A stretch of 64,000 bases of DNA from Chlorokybus atmophyticus (taxonomy: Eukaryota > Plantae > Mesostigma and Chlorokybus algae), in the NCBI GenBank assembly GCA_009103225.1, contig RHPI01002090.1:1597932-1661931 (forward strand), written 5' to 3'. The stretch's first letter is position 1; every line of letters begins with the position of its first letter. Made by a program: the position numbers and the translations under genes. Under the pieces are notes generated by a model. The model had not been told where the DNA came from, made no database searches, and worked only from the letters and a program-made list of their open reading frames with translations. Of this stretch, positions 1-10,029 are shown in pieces.

Positions 1-202
1 ACATGTACTTGTCTCACTACTCTGAGTTTGGTGCATATCAGTCAGTTAGGCATTGCTAATTGTATGCTAAGACTTTTGCATGTGGACGTGTACAATACCG
101 GGCAGCTGTCACTGCACAACTGTTACCACAATCGAATGATCCATGCAACATTCAACAATCAGTCCGCCGTGTGGCATTAAGCATCAATACAGTGCACCAC
201 AC

Positions 203-1931
203 TCAAGCCTCATAGTTCCATGACACAGGAGGGTAGTCACAGCGCATATCCATTGTTTCAAGCATGAGACGCCCTATGCACTCCGCCATTGCGGGAGGAA
301 CTGCATTCGCTATGGAAACGGCCGAGGTCATCCATGGCACTCCCAGCGCTGTTTGCCACGCAGCAATGCCGCCCCTGGTGCTTGGAAGGCCATAGACCGG
401 GTACATCTGCTGTGGCGCGTTTGATGTCACGATTGTCTTCTTCGCGCTAGTGGACAGGTGCGGCGATAGCAGTCCAACTGCCTTACCCGCGTGCGAGCAG
501 CGTGCTGGTGGGGTAGCTACCACTGGCTGTGTCTCAAACAGACGGTGTCGGAAAGTTGATAGGCCAAACATCGTGCCACAAAGGGACAGATTGGGTCTGA
601 ATGAGGAAGCTGCTCCAGGCACATTCTCAATCACAAACTTGACCTGGCTTGCAAGCAGCAGACGTCGGACAAGCGGTATCATATTCTGGTGTCTCCAGGA
701 TGTGCCATGTGCCGCCCGTTGAGGTGCCGGGATAGCACCTGAATAGGCCTGGCATGGTGGACTGGCCCAGATGAGCTCGTACTCGCTCAGCTCTCCTGCA
801 CTCAGGGTGCATACATCGCGGTGTATGAAGGGCAGCGGGTACTCGGAGGAGGGACTTATGTCCATCCCGGTCACGTCAAAGCGTGAGTGGTATAGACCGA
901 CACTGGCACCGCCACCGCCGCAGAATAGGTCGAGTGCCCTTGGTCTGCGTGTGCGTCCCAGCTTGTTGTTAAATGGCGTGTATGTGGTCAAGGTTGGCCG
1001 TGGTGCTGGCCAAGGACTAACAATGATGCTGTCCGGGCTTACTTTGCGACTGACGTTCTCCCCTCCGGCGCGCAGAACATGGCGTGCCCCGTCAACTGAT
1101 GTGTACGCAAATACGTTGTGCCCTTTGAAGTTGATGGTTTGTGGTCGATCACCGTCATCGAATACTATACGGTGCTGCCTTGCAAAGACATTTTCCATTG
1201 CACCATGCATATATGATGCGTCCTCAATCTCGCACGCCACGAAGCGATGCTGACCTGACGCTTGCTTGAATGATTCCACAACGCCCGCATACCATTCCCC
1301 ATCCAGCGGCCAATGCACCATGACACTCACACCGATCAGCTGCTCGCATCCCAACTTAACTGCGTTCCGCAGCCGATGCAGTGCGCTGTCCAACGGTCGA
1401 TGGTCTGCCTCCTCTACAGCGGCCAGGGGATGGAACTGCCCACGCCCACACCGTGCAAGACTGCTCTGAATGCGACAACAGCTTCAACATGCATGAAATA
1501 AGCATACGCCCAACATAACATGCAGTGATACGTCGCGGTCCACTCTTGTGGATTACCTCCACAGCATCCACCACCTGTCCACTAACCACATGTCCCGGTG
1601 TTGTCCATGTGAAGAAGCGCATGGGTTCCCCTCGCCACTCGAAGCATGAGCGCGAGCACGATTCGCACACGCACTGCACGCAATGGAAAAACTCGGGTTC
1701 CTTGCACAGCACTTGGCCGAGGCGGCAGCCAAACACGTCGACATTGTGTGTGGTGTGATGCCAGCAAGCAGCACTAAAACCGTGGCACACTGTCTGCACT
1801 CGCTGGCATTCGGTCAAGTGTGCTCGCATTTGCTGCCTACGGCCATTGGCACATACGTACGCATTGCATTGTGGGCACACCAAGCATGGTCTCCTAGGTG
1901 AGGGTGATTCAACTGCTGCCGCCGACATCAT
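203..1931 (-). CDS. C2HC zinc finger + Tudor-like domain(s) + C5 DNA cytosine methyltransferase fusion (phage/actinobacterial-type catalytic domain), probably 2 introns
   Basis: ORF 203-1393 has motif I ALDLFCGGGGASVGL, motif IV WASPPCQAYS, motif VI FVIENVPG, motif VIII RHRLFET and C-terminal ALGVPWMT..IANAVPPAMAECIG. Upstream is a Tudor-like LIGVSVMVHWPLDGEWYAGVVESF..HRIVFDDGD. The 5' exon from ATG 1931 has CPQC..RQQMRAHLTEC. An acceptor ...cattcag at ~1469 joins the frames. Confidence 0.85.
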
Positions 1932-2049
1932 GCAAAATAGGAATCGGCACGGCTGCCCACAAACTGAGCGAGACTTTAGGGTATGGGCATCAATTTAGGG
2001 TTGCCAGCTTACGAACCCTAAATGGGTCAAACTTCAAGTGAAGCACGAC

Positions 2050-2160
2050 TGTACCTTATACGCTATTGCAGTACCATGCATGGTACTACATCAACATGAA
2101 TGGTACTCCATCTGTTAATGGTACTACAGTACAAGGATACTCGCATACTACCACGATCGT
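2050..2160. repeat. GTACCAT/ATGGTAC palindromic array (6 GTAC cores) just upstream of the methyltransferase gene
   Basis: gtaccatgcatggtac, atggtactcc, atggtactacagtac within ~110 bp. The same motif family occurs at 6528-6682, 20035-20132 and 21238-21350. Confidence 0.75.
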
Positions 2161-2414
2161 AGAGTAATACTGTGCTGTCATGCCATGGAACCCAGAGCGC
2201 TGTCCGAGTTTGTTGCTGTCAACCACGCTCTAAACCAGCGAGGTATGCAAGCCATGCACTGACTCATGCGCCGGGCAGTCATCATACACATGTACAGCCA
2301 ATGCTTCTAACAACAGCAGATCTCTGGTGCACCATGCACCATGCTGCAACTATACATGTACCTACATGGTTCACAGGAAGCCAACACAAAACTACAATAC
2401 ATGCACAATTGGCA

Positions 2415-3425
2415 TCAAGGCGGGGGCCAAATCACCGCCGACACGTTGGCGTCTTGCATCAGGCGTGGCGACCAAAACGGGTGAGGTTGCTTGCAGAATG
2501 GACACGCTTGTAGATTCTTTGATTTATTTGCCACAGTCTTCTGATGTGCTATGATGCAGACATGGCACATCGCTTTCTTGCAACAGGGCGTCTCCCCATC
2601 CGCTGGGGGGGGTGGCTCTTCAATGCGACACATCAGCACACATGGTGCACGCGGGTGTGCAAGCTGCCTCTGCCACCAAACTCTGTTATCGCGTCGCAGG
2701 CGTAGCGACTCCCATCTGAATGGCGCAGCATAACGCTCCACTGCCTGCTCGATCACCTGACGCCCATCTGCCGCCATACACCACCTGCTGGTCTTGGTGG
2801 TCTCGTCCAGCATGCGTTCATCCAGGCCCTCGACATGGCTGTCGTCACTCGTGTACTCCCCCGCATCGTCATTTTCTTCGAGCTTCCACAGAATCAGCTC
2901 GACGTGCCGTATGACATACAGCCACTGCCAGCCAAAGCATGCCAAGTACAGCTCGAATGGTTTTACTTGCCACCCAGTATGTTTGCTCAGGTAGTGGCAC
3001 ACATCTCGACCCGCATTAGTCGACATCGACAGGTACATCTGCTGCAGCAGGTCGAAGTTCTGCTCCGCAGATAGCTCTTGCACATTGCCGGGTTGCTGCG
3101 GCAGCAACAACACCATCATATCGAGGACGGCGAGGGGCAACAACGTACTACGGATGGCCATATCGTGTATGGGTTCCAACCACGGCCAATCCCCAGAGGT
3201 CTGTTTAGACCGCATTCTCCGCGTTTGCTCCCACTTATTGCAAACTTTCGTCACCCACCTCGAGGCATGCCGCATGCGGTGATGCAGCGCGTCTTGGGCG
3301 TACTGTAGGGTGATCAACTCCTTTGCACTACGAGTCAGCCCCCCAAAGCGTCTGCGCGTCGGTGCTTTGAGCTTAGGCAGCTCGTGCCGCACCGGCTGTC
3401 TCTCTGGACGATGCTGAGCAGCCAC
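2415..3425 (-). CDS. Hypothetical protein with C-terminal RING-type zinc finger (putative E3 ligase)
   Basis: Uninterrupted 336-aa ORF ending in CVLMC-x14-PCCKKAMCHVC-x16-CPFC, a RING-like Cys spacing. Start codon uncertain (GTG). Confidence 0.6.
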   Translation of the reverse strand: MAAQHRPERQPVRHELPKLKAPTRRRFGGLTRSAKELITLQYAQDALHHRMRHASRWVTKVCNKWEQTRRMRSKQTSGDWPWLEPIHDMAIRSTLLPLAVLDMMVLLLPQQPGNVQELSAEQNFDLLQQMYLSMSTNAGRDVCHYLSKHTGWQVKPFELYLACFGWQWLYVIRHVELILWKLEENDDAGEYTSDDSHVEGLDERMLDETTKTSRWCMAADGRQVIEQAVERYAAPFRWESLRLRRDNRVWWQRQLAHPRAPCVLMCRIEEPPPPADGETPCCKKAMCHVCIIAHQKTVANKSKNLQACPFCKQPHPFWSPRLMQDANVSAVIWPPP

Positions 3426-3483
3426 TTGACGCTGTAAACCCGCCTGTGCCTACTCAGGACACACAGTCAGCCCCAGTGAGGCT

Positions 3484-6480
3484 TCAAGGCGCTGTGCTTC
3501 TTCTAATGTTGTAACGATGCCTCACCTTTCCTTTTTTGGTCCTGTCAGCGTCCTTTGTTCCAACAACCTTCTTCTTTTTTTTTTTGTCACCCTGCACATC
3601 CTGGCAGGCGCTCTCCGTGGCACTGTCACTCAGAGGAGGTAAGGCGTTATCTTCTTGCTCCACAGCCTTGCGCTTGTTGGTTGCCTCCCGTTCCTCCACG
3701 ACCTCATGTTGCTTCATGAGGTCGAGCATGAAGCCTTTGTCTTTCAGCGCAGCTTTCAGGACACCTCGATCAATCTCTTTACCAACAAGACAGGCTGGGA
3801 TCAATGTGGCAAGCTTAGAGGGAGAGGGCGAGCTACAGCTGCTTCTTGATGGAGATGCCTCCGGATGGTCAGAGTGCGGTGGCAAGTGAGTCTCCGCGGC
3901 AGGAAGGGAGGGTGCTGAATTGGGATTGCGAGCATGTGGCTGTGGTTGAGGGGAGGCAGGATGTGCAGAACACTCGGCTACTTCTTGCCTAGCACACGAA
4001 GGCGAGGCCTGAGGCGTTGGCGCAGCACTCTGGGTCACAGCCGGTGGTAGCGGGGAATTGGCAACGCCATTCCGCCACTCTCCAATCAGGTGTGTTACCT
4101 CCGGTGGCACTTCATGCATAGGCCACGACCACTGTTCGGTGCTTGCAGGCTTGATGAGCCAAAAGTGTGCTTCTGGCTCATCAGGAGCAGTGTTGCCCAC
4201 CACCAGGATTGAGTTGGGGGATTCTTTATTTCCAACCCAAACTGCGCTGCCGGGCCGTGGCACCCACTCCCCATGCTCGCGCTAAACGGTCACGCAGCCA
4301 ATCAACAAGCCCAGCTTGTTGGCAAACATGGTCATCTGCAGGTGCTCGACGTACACATCTTTTCTCCGCACGATCTGTCGCACCTTGGCCATGGCTAGGT
4401 CAATGTTGCAGTTGATATCAGCCAACATGGTCGCAGGCAGTTTGTCGTAATACTGCGCCATCTCTCCCGCGGCACCAGTGGCTCTGCAGAAGTCTAGGAT
4501 TCTGCTCGCCACGCCTGCATCGACAGCCTTGGCGGTGAATTTGCGGAGAGTGTGCCCCCTGCCGTCGTCGTCCATGGTGTCCAGCATGGCCCAAAATCTG
4601 CTCGAGCTGGGGCACTTGTGACCATCCAGGATACTTTGCGCTATGGATGGCCTGGCGCGAAATACACAGTGGTAGAAGCAATTACCATCCGTTGGCGCAT
4701 TGAAGTGGTCCCATGAGGCGAGCTGGCCACCTAGCATGACTGATGGCCATATGCGGGTTGCGTCCAGCTCCTCTGATGATTCGCTGGCAGGTGGTGACCC
4801 CTGCTGCATGCACATACACCACTCACATGGTGTGTCCAATTGTGAACGGCAAGAGTCAACAATGATTGATAAAGTACCTGAGTTTGGGGCAGACTGCCGG
4901 CTTCAACTTGCAGCGGGTGGGGTAAGGTAGGTGCAGAAGCCACATCGGTTGTTGCATTGTGCTGTGGTCTCGCCGGTGGCGGCAAGAAGGATTGTTGCCC
5001 CGCAATCACCGGTGCTGCTCGTGGAGGAGATGGCAGTGCATGAAGGACCGGTGCAGCGGAAGGTGGTTGCGCTCTGGCTGGGAGGGGAGCAGGAGCTGCA
5101 AGTGAGACCACTTGTGCATGCAGCAAGGGGGGCTGTATACAGGACCCAGGATAAGATGGCTCACAATGTTGCAAAGGAGGAATATAAGCTTATGCAGTGC
5201 CTGACGCATTGTTACCAAGGCACGAGCATAAAAGACAGCGACTTACCTCAATGGCCCGTGGGCTGCATGGAGCAGGGGAAGCCATGGGGGCTGACAAGGT
5301 GGTATTACCTGCACTCTCCCCGCCACCCTCGATGGCAGACTCGTCACGGAGCTCTTGAGCCATGGGCACATCATGCGCCACTGCCCCAATGGACATGTCG
5401 GGATTCAACAGGCCAACATGCATGTTAAACTGATGCCGCATTGCCGCCGCGCCCATCAGCAAGTGGGATTGAAGGACCAGTTGATGGGATTGAATCCAGG
5501 CTTGCATAGGAGCTCCAACAGGACTTAGTGCACTGTGGTGCTGTCAACCAATATCATGTGGGTTAGCTGCATGCTTGCGACACTGCAATTGCAATAGTCA
5601 ACTGCGTCACACCGTCATCAGTTGGTTGCTTCGAACAGTCACCTGCGGCATTGCTGGTTGATGCACGAATGATTGCATGGACTGCGTCATTGCTGGTTGA
5701 TGCACTATTGGTTGAATGCCGGACGAATGGCCACGCGCTCCTGTGCTCAAACCCAGCCTACTTCGTTCGGCACGCGCGCGCGACTTCGCACGCTCACGCA
5801 CATCCTAGCATGGAAAGGTAGGCATGCATTGGAGCCGACATTGCAGTCAACATGCACAGCGAGATTGGCAACAACATACCGCCGCCCAGCTCTGTCTATC
5901 TGCTCTTGCTTCCGCAATGTCGGCTTGACTGTAGGGTGGGTATGGGTGAATAGTGGAGGCCTGCAGCCACGCTACATATATCACATGGACTGCGCTAAAA
6001 AACAAATTGCTCTTGCAAGGAAATGCATGTGACTGTTGAGCGTACCTCTGCATTCCTTTGTGCTTGTTCCCACAGCCGCAACTGGTCCCGCATGGTTCTG
6101 ACAAGGGGCTCCAAGGACTGCAGCTCCTGATCCACTCCCTGTTGCAGAAAGCGAGCCACCAAGCAGCTCTCTGTGTGAAGATGGTCTTTAATGGCTTGCC
6201 TGCTGGTTTGTCCAATGTTGGTGATGCATGTTGGACAGCCCCATTGCTGACGCCTGCCATGATCCATGACGTGGCGACCGGTAGTAGCTGGCTTCGCTGC
6301 TTGAACTCTTACGACCACAACTTCTCGCAAGATGTGCCCCGCCGCCGCCGCCGCCGCCGCCTCCTCCGACTCCTGGTCCTCCGCCTCCTAGTCGAACCCA
6401 GGCCCATCAAGCCTGACATTCGACCCGTCATCGACCTGGTGCCCCTGCGTGCCATCATCCGGCCATCAATGAAGCGTGTT
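3484..6480 (-). pseudogene. Multi-exon zinc finger + Pro/Gln-rich + OTU-family cysteine protease gene, disrupted by in-frame stops
   Basis: OTU motifs APTDGNCFYHCV (~4690) and PEAHFWLI (~4160) are in one frame separated only by TAG at 4282-4284. Upstream exons have splice sites (acceptor tgcagcag ~4800, donor caggtact ~4878, donor gaggtacgc ~6040) and encode CPTC..RQAIKDHLHTESC. A second in-frame TAG is at ~6388-6390. Confidence 0.7.
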
Positions 6481-6527
6481 TGGGTGAGTGCATGCTAACT
6501 CCCATTTGGGCTGATCGAGCAATGCCT

Positions 6528-6682
6528 CTGTCGTACCATGGATGGTACGACAGAGCCATTGTACGGCAATGGCTGGGGTTGGACGAGAGATGCCTCTGTC
6601 GTACCATAAATGTTACGACACAACCATTGGTAACAATGGTTGTACGAAGCATGCATGGCACGAATGCATAAGTCGTACCATC
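6528..6682. repeat. GTCGTACCAT palindromic array between divergent genes (possible bidirectional promoter or protein-binding array)
   Basis: Perfect 10-bp inverted repeat gtcgtaccat-gg-atggtacgac plus further gtcgtaccat copies; 6 GTAC cores. Confidence 0.7.
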
Positions 6683-6863
6683 AACCATAGGAGCAAGGAC
6701 GCACTACAAGTGCGACTCTAGTGCGGGACTCTAGACGTTCAAAACCGCCTCATTTTCGTTTTCGCGCCTCATACATTCGGGCGGGCCAACCGGCGGCGGC
6801 AGCGTTGGAGGCGGCAGCGCCACTTACAGCTAAACAGGCGGCACCCGACTATCAGTTGGAGAG

Positions 6864-8691
6864 ATGCCTCGTGGTCCATCCGTAAGTGCACCTCGTCGTG
6901 GAGGTCGGCGCCAGTTGTCCACATTGCCCCCAGTGTTCAACCAGGCAACCGTCGCCAACCAATCGCAGCAAGACCCCGCGCTAACGCCCAGCACATCACA
7001 ACAACTCCACCTGACACCGCAGTCGCAAGGGCAAGCTAGACTGCATGCGTTCTTGATGCACTGTGCACGTTGCTTCTTGCTCAACTTCTAACTTGGATGC
7101 TTGCTTCTATCATGACTAGCACAGTGACTCACTGCATGCGTTCTGGATACACTGTGCACGTTGTTCTTCTTTTGCAACTGTGAGGGTTGCATCTTTCATG
7201 GCTGGCAGCATGACTCATGTGGTTGTGCTTGCAGAGGGTCGATTGGAACCCCCAACCCAAACGCATTTGGCCGTGACGTGGCAACCTCGGCCGTCAGCAA
7301 CCCTTCCCCAAGCAAGTGGAAGATTGGCAACGAGGTAAGCACTGTGTGACACTGTGACACTGTGTGTATGTGTGTAACGGATTGTTCTTCTGTGGACAGC
7401 ATTTGCGAGATGCCGTCGTTGAAATCATAAACGGCCACTGGGTAGAGAGCCACGTTTATCCCAAGGAGGACACTATTCGTAACGTCATGTGTCAGGTGCT
7501 GTGAATGCTTCATGACCGCACTGCACCGTGACACTGACCAACCTGCCCGTGACAGGTAGTTGGCTTCGACCATGACGACGAGGCCGATGCGGCCAAGTTC
7601 TATGAGGTGTACTGGACTCCCAAGGAGTGCCCCTTCCACTGGAGTGTCGCCCTGAAGAAAGCTACGCAGGTCCGGTCTGAGAACGTCACCAAGATCAAGC
7701 ATGTCCTTGAGAAGGAGTACAAGTGGACACTGTTTAACAGCAACAAGCGCAAGTGAGTTGGGTCCCTCACCACCATGTCTGCTATGCAACACTGCCTTCT
7801 TACTCAGCCTCCATACACACGTACTCATCTCGCCTATTGTAACCGATTCAATCAGGCACATCGACGCCCTAATGGACCCCGAGACCCAAAAAGCCCAGAT
7901 GCGCAACGCGCTCCAAAGTAAGTCACAGGCACTATTCTAGCCTGGTGCAGGCTCAACTTGAACTATCTATTTCGTGACTAATGCCTTGTCGGTATGACTG
8001 TCGCAGACAAGTCATGGCGGAGATTTGAGGTGACCGACACTGCAGACCCGGAGCGGAGGAGATACATCCATGAATGGGGCAATCCCATAATCTGGCAAAT
8101 GATCGTGCAATGCTGGTCTTACGCCGTCACTACACCTGGTCGCCGGCAGCTGACAGTCAACCACCTCGCATACCTGTTGCTTACGGTGAGCACTCTGAAC
8201 TCCATCATTAGCAATTCAGGAACGCTGTAGCCCCAAACTACAGGCTTGCAGACGCGTTGCAGTGAATAGTGGCTTTCGATGCCACTAAGACATGCCTGTA
8301 AACTACGCAGGTGGAGCGCATCCTAAAGGGCAAGGATGGAGACCCTCTCCTAGCTGCCAGCATAGACACACATGAAGAGTACCTCAGCGAAATCAACACC
8401 ATGATCATGTCAATGAAGCGGGAGATGAGGCAACGGTACGCAGCCCTCCAGCCATTCACCCTTGTGAAACGCCGCACTGCATCTTGTGTCGAATACCTGA
8501 AAGATCCCAATCGGCGCCGGCCGCAAGAGACAGCAGCTCGTGACCCGCTCGCTGAGGCAGAAGCGGCATTTGATTGGCTGGCACAACCGTTTGAGGAGGA
8601 AGAGCAAGCTCCGGCGTCTCCTCCACAGGCCCCAGCGCGTGGTGCTTTGTTCCGTAATGACGAGACCAGCGATGATGGAGAGGAGCTGTAG
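6864..8691 (+). CDS. Intact 7-exon hypothetical protein (~393 aa), transposon-associated; C-terminal half loosely DUF6532-like/alpha-helical
   Basis: Exons 6864-7030, 7235-7334, 7400-7495, 7556-7752, 7856-7917, 8007-8185, 8311-8691. All six intron phases are mutually consistent (GC-AG first intron, GT-AG others) and give one open frame, e.g. HLRDAVVEIINGHWVESHVYP..YIHEWGNPIIWQMIVQCW..HLAYLLLTVERIL. Confidence 0.8.
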
Positions 8692-9041
8692 CGCAGTTGG
8701 TAGTCCGTTTAGCTGGTAGTGTACATAGCTACAAGGCTCTAGTGACTGAGTGTTGTGCATCATAAACCAGCTCAGTCAATCGTCATTATGCTCATGCACA
8801 TCAATACTTGCATCCCTATGATATACAACAAAACTGCATTCGAGTCGCATAATCGAACTACAAGCCTGGGCAGGTGACTGAGAGACACTGTACACATTCC
8901 AGGTACATGTACACAGCACAGGCACATAACAATGCTGGAAGTCAGTGACAGTCGCGTGTAGTCAAGCTATGCAAATACATATGACGACAGTTAGGCATTG
9001 GTCACCTTCAGTTGTTAAAGAACGCCTTATTTTGTCGATAC

Positions 9042-9360
9042 TTACCTAGTTGGTGCTTGTGAATTAGGCTTAGTCGCCTGCGCTGGACTGGTGTGTAACC
9101 TGCAAGTGCCTGTCACATAGGCTGAGTCACCTAAGTAAGACTGATGTGTAACTTACAGGTGCCCGTTAATTAGTTGTAGTCACCTAATAAGGCCTAATGT
9201 GTAACTAACAGGTGCCTGTTAATTATATAAAGTCACCTGTTAAGGCCTGATAGGTAACTAACAGGCGCCTGTTAGTTATATAAAGTCACCTGTTAAGGCC
9301 TGATAGGTAACTATCAGGCGCCTGTTAGTTAGACATAGTCAACTGTAAAAGACCAAATTG
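9042..9360. repeat. Subterminal tandem repeat, ~6 x 53 bp, with internal palindrome TAACAGGCGCCTGTTA
   Basis: gtaac.. unit starts at 9095, 9148, 9201, 9254 and 9307 (exact 53-bp spacing); copies decay leftwards. Confidence 0.9.
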
Positions 9361-9512
9361 TAACATGAAGGGCCTTACAGTAACGAAAGTTACTATTAGG
9401 TCCCTGTATCAAGATTACAGGTGGCCTGAGCCACGACAGTCTAAATTAGTGTCCTCAGGTGCACGGCCGTTGCCAATATTTAGTCGGCCGGCAGGGAAAA
9501 CATATTGCGACG

Positions 9513-9720
9513 CAGGCTGACGGTACGCTTGACACCGAAGTGTCCAAGCTCAATGTGGAGGGCAGCAATGATGCCCTCGCGTGTGGCTGGTGTCGGCACC
9601 TCTTTGTCCTCGTCATGGACGCGGCGGTACACCTTGTCATCCGCCCACCGATAGTGGCAGGTGCGTTGACTGACACGCTCTTTATCTCGTGCACTCATGT
9701 TGGTGGGAAGCTGGCCACTT
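9513..9720 (-). pseudogene. Integrase N-terminal (H2C2) fragment, cut at 9513
   Basis: EVPTPATREGIIAALHIELGHFGVKRTVSL, then an abrupt switch to the TIR sequence CGTCGCAA. Confidence 0.75.
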
Positions 9721-10029
9721 TGAAGAAAGGTTAGTGATGGCTTGTCCAGCCATATGTTCTGCCTAGTGTCGGTGGGTGCCAGCGCGGTGTCGTCGACGTC
9801 ATTCTCAACCGCGTGGACGTCCCGTAGGGGTGTGGTCACTGTGGGGCCGGTAGACTCAAGGGCAGGAATCTCCTCTGCCGTGGAGGTGGCGATGGTGTTG
9901 ATCTGGCGCCCTGACCATTACGCGGCAATAGCAAACATGGCCGCCACGGTGGGAGCTGCTGCTGCAGGGCCGAGCTCGTGTCGAGCTCCGGTTGCATCGT
10001 TGGTACTGAGGTGAGGGTTGCCACTTAGG

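Larger units (their letters stand above)
1..9512 (-). mobile_element. Large cargo-carrying TIR DNA transposon (CMC/EnSpm-like by structure). One terminus at 9512; the other lies left of the window
   Basis: The minus strand from 9512 reads CGTCGCAATATGTTTTCCCTGCCGGCCGACT.... About 120 bp of this aligns to the left ends of the TIR elements at 18800 and 19110. It cuts the Gypsy integrase frame exactly after ...KRTVSL. It has 53-bp subterminal repeats (9042-9360) and GTAC-rich arrays shared with the small elements. No transposase is visible in the window. Confidence 0.75.

Noticed and set aside
6700-6740. Hairpin CGCACT-ACA-AGTGCG followed by CTAG, and a CACTACAAG string, as a Helitron 3' end or CACTA terminus
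   Set aside because: Very short, internal to a divergent promoter region, no matching partner end or TSD.
7196-7906. 236-aa minus-strand ORF
   Set aside because: Antisense shadow of the phase-consistent 7-exon plus-strand gene.
9042-9360. CRISPR array
   Set aside because: Contiguous tandem units without unique spacers, eukaryotic context, no cas genes.
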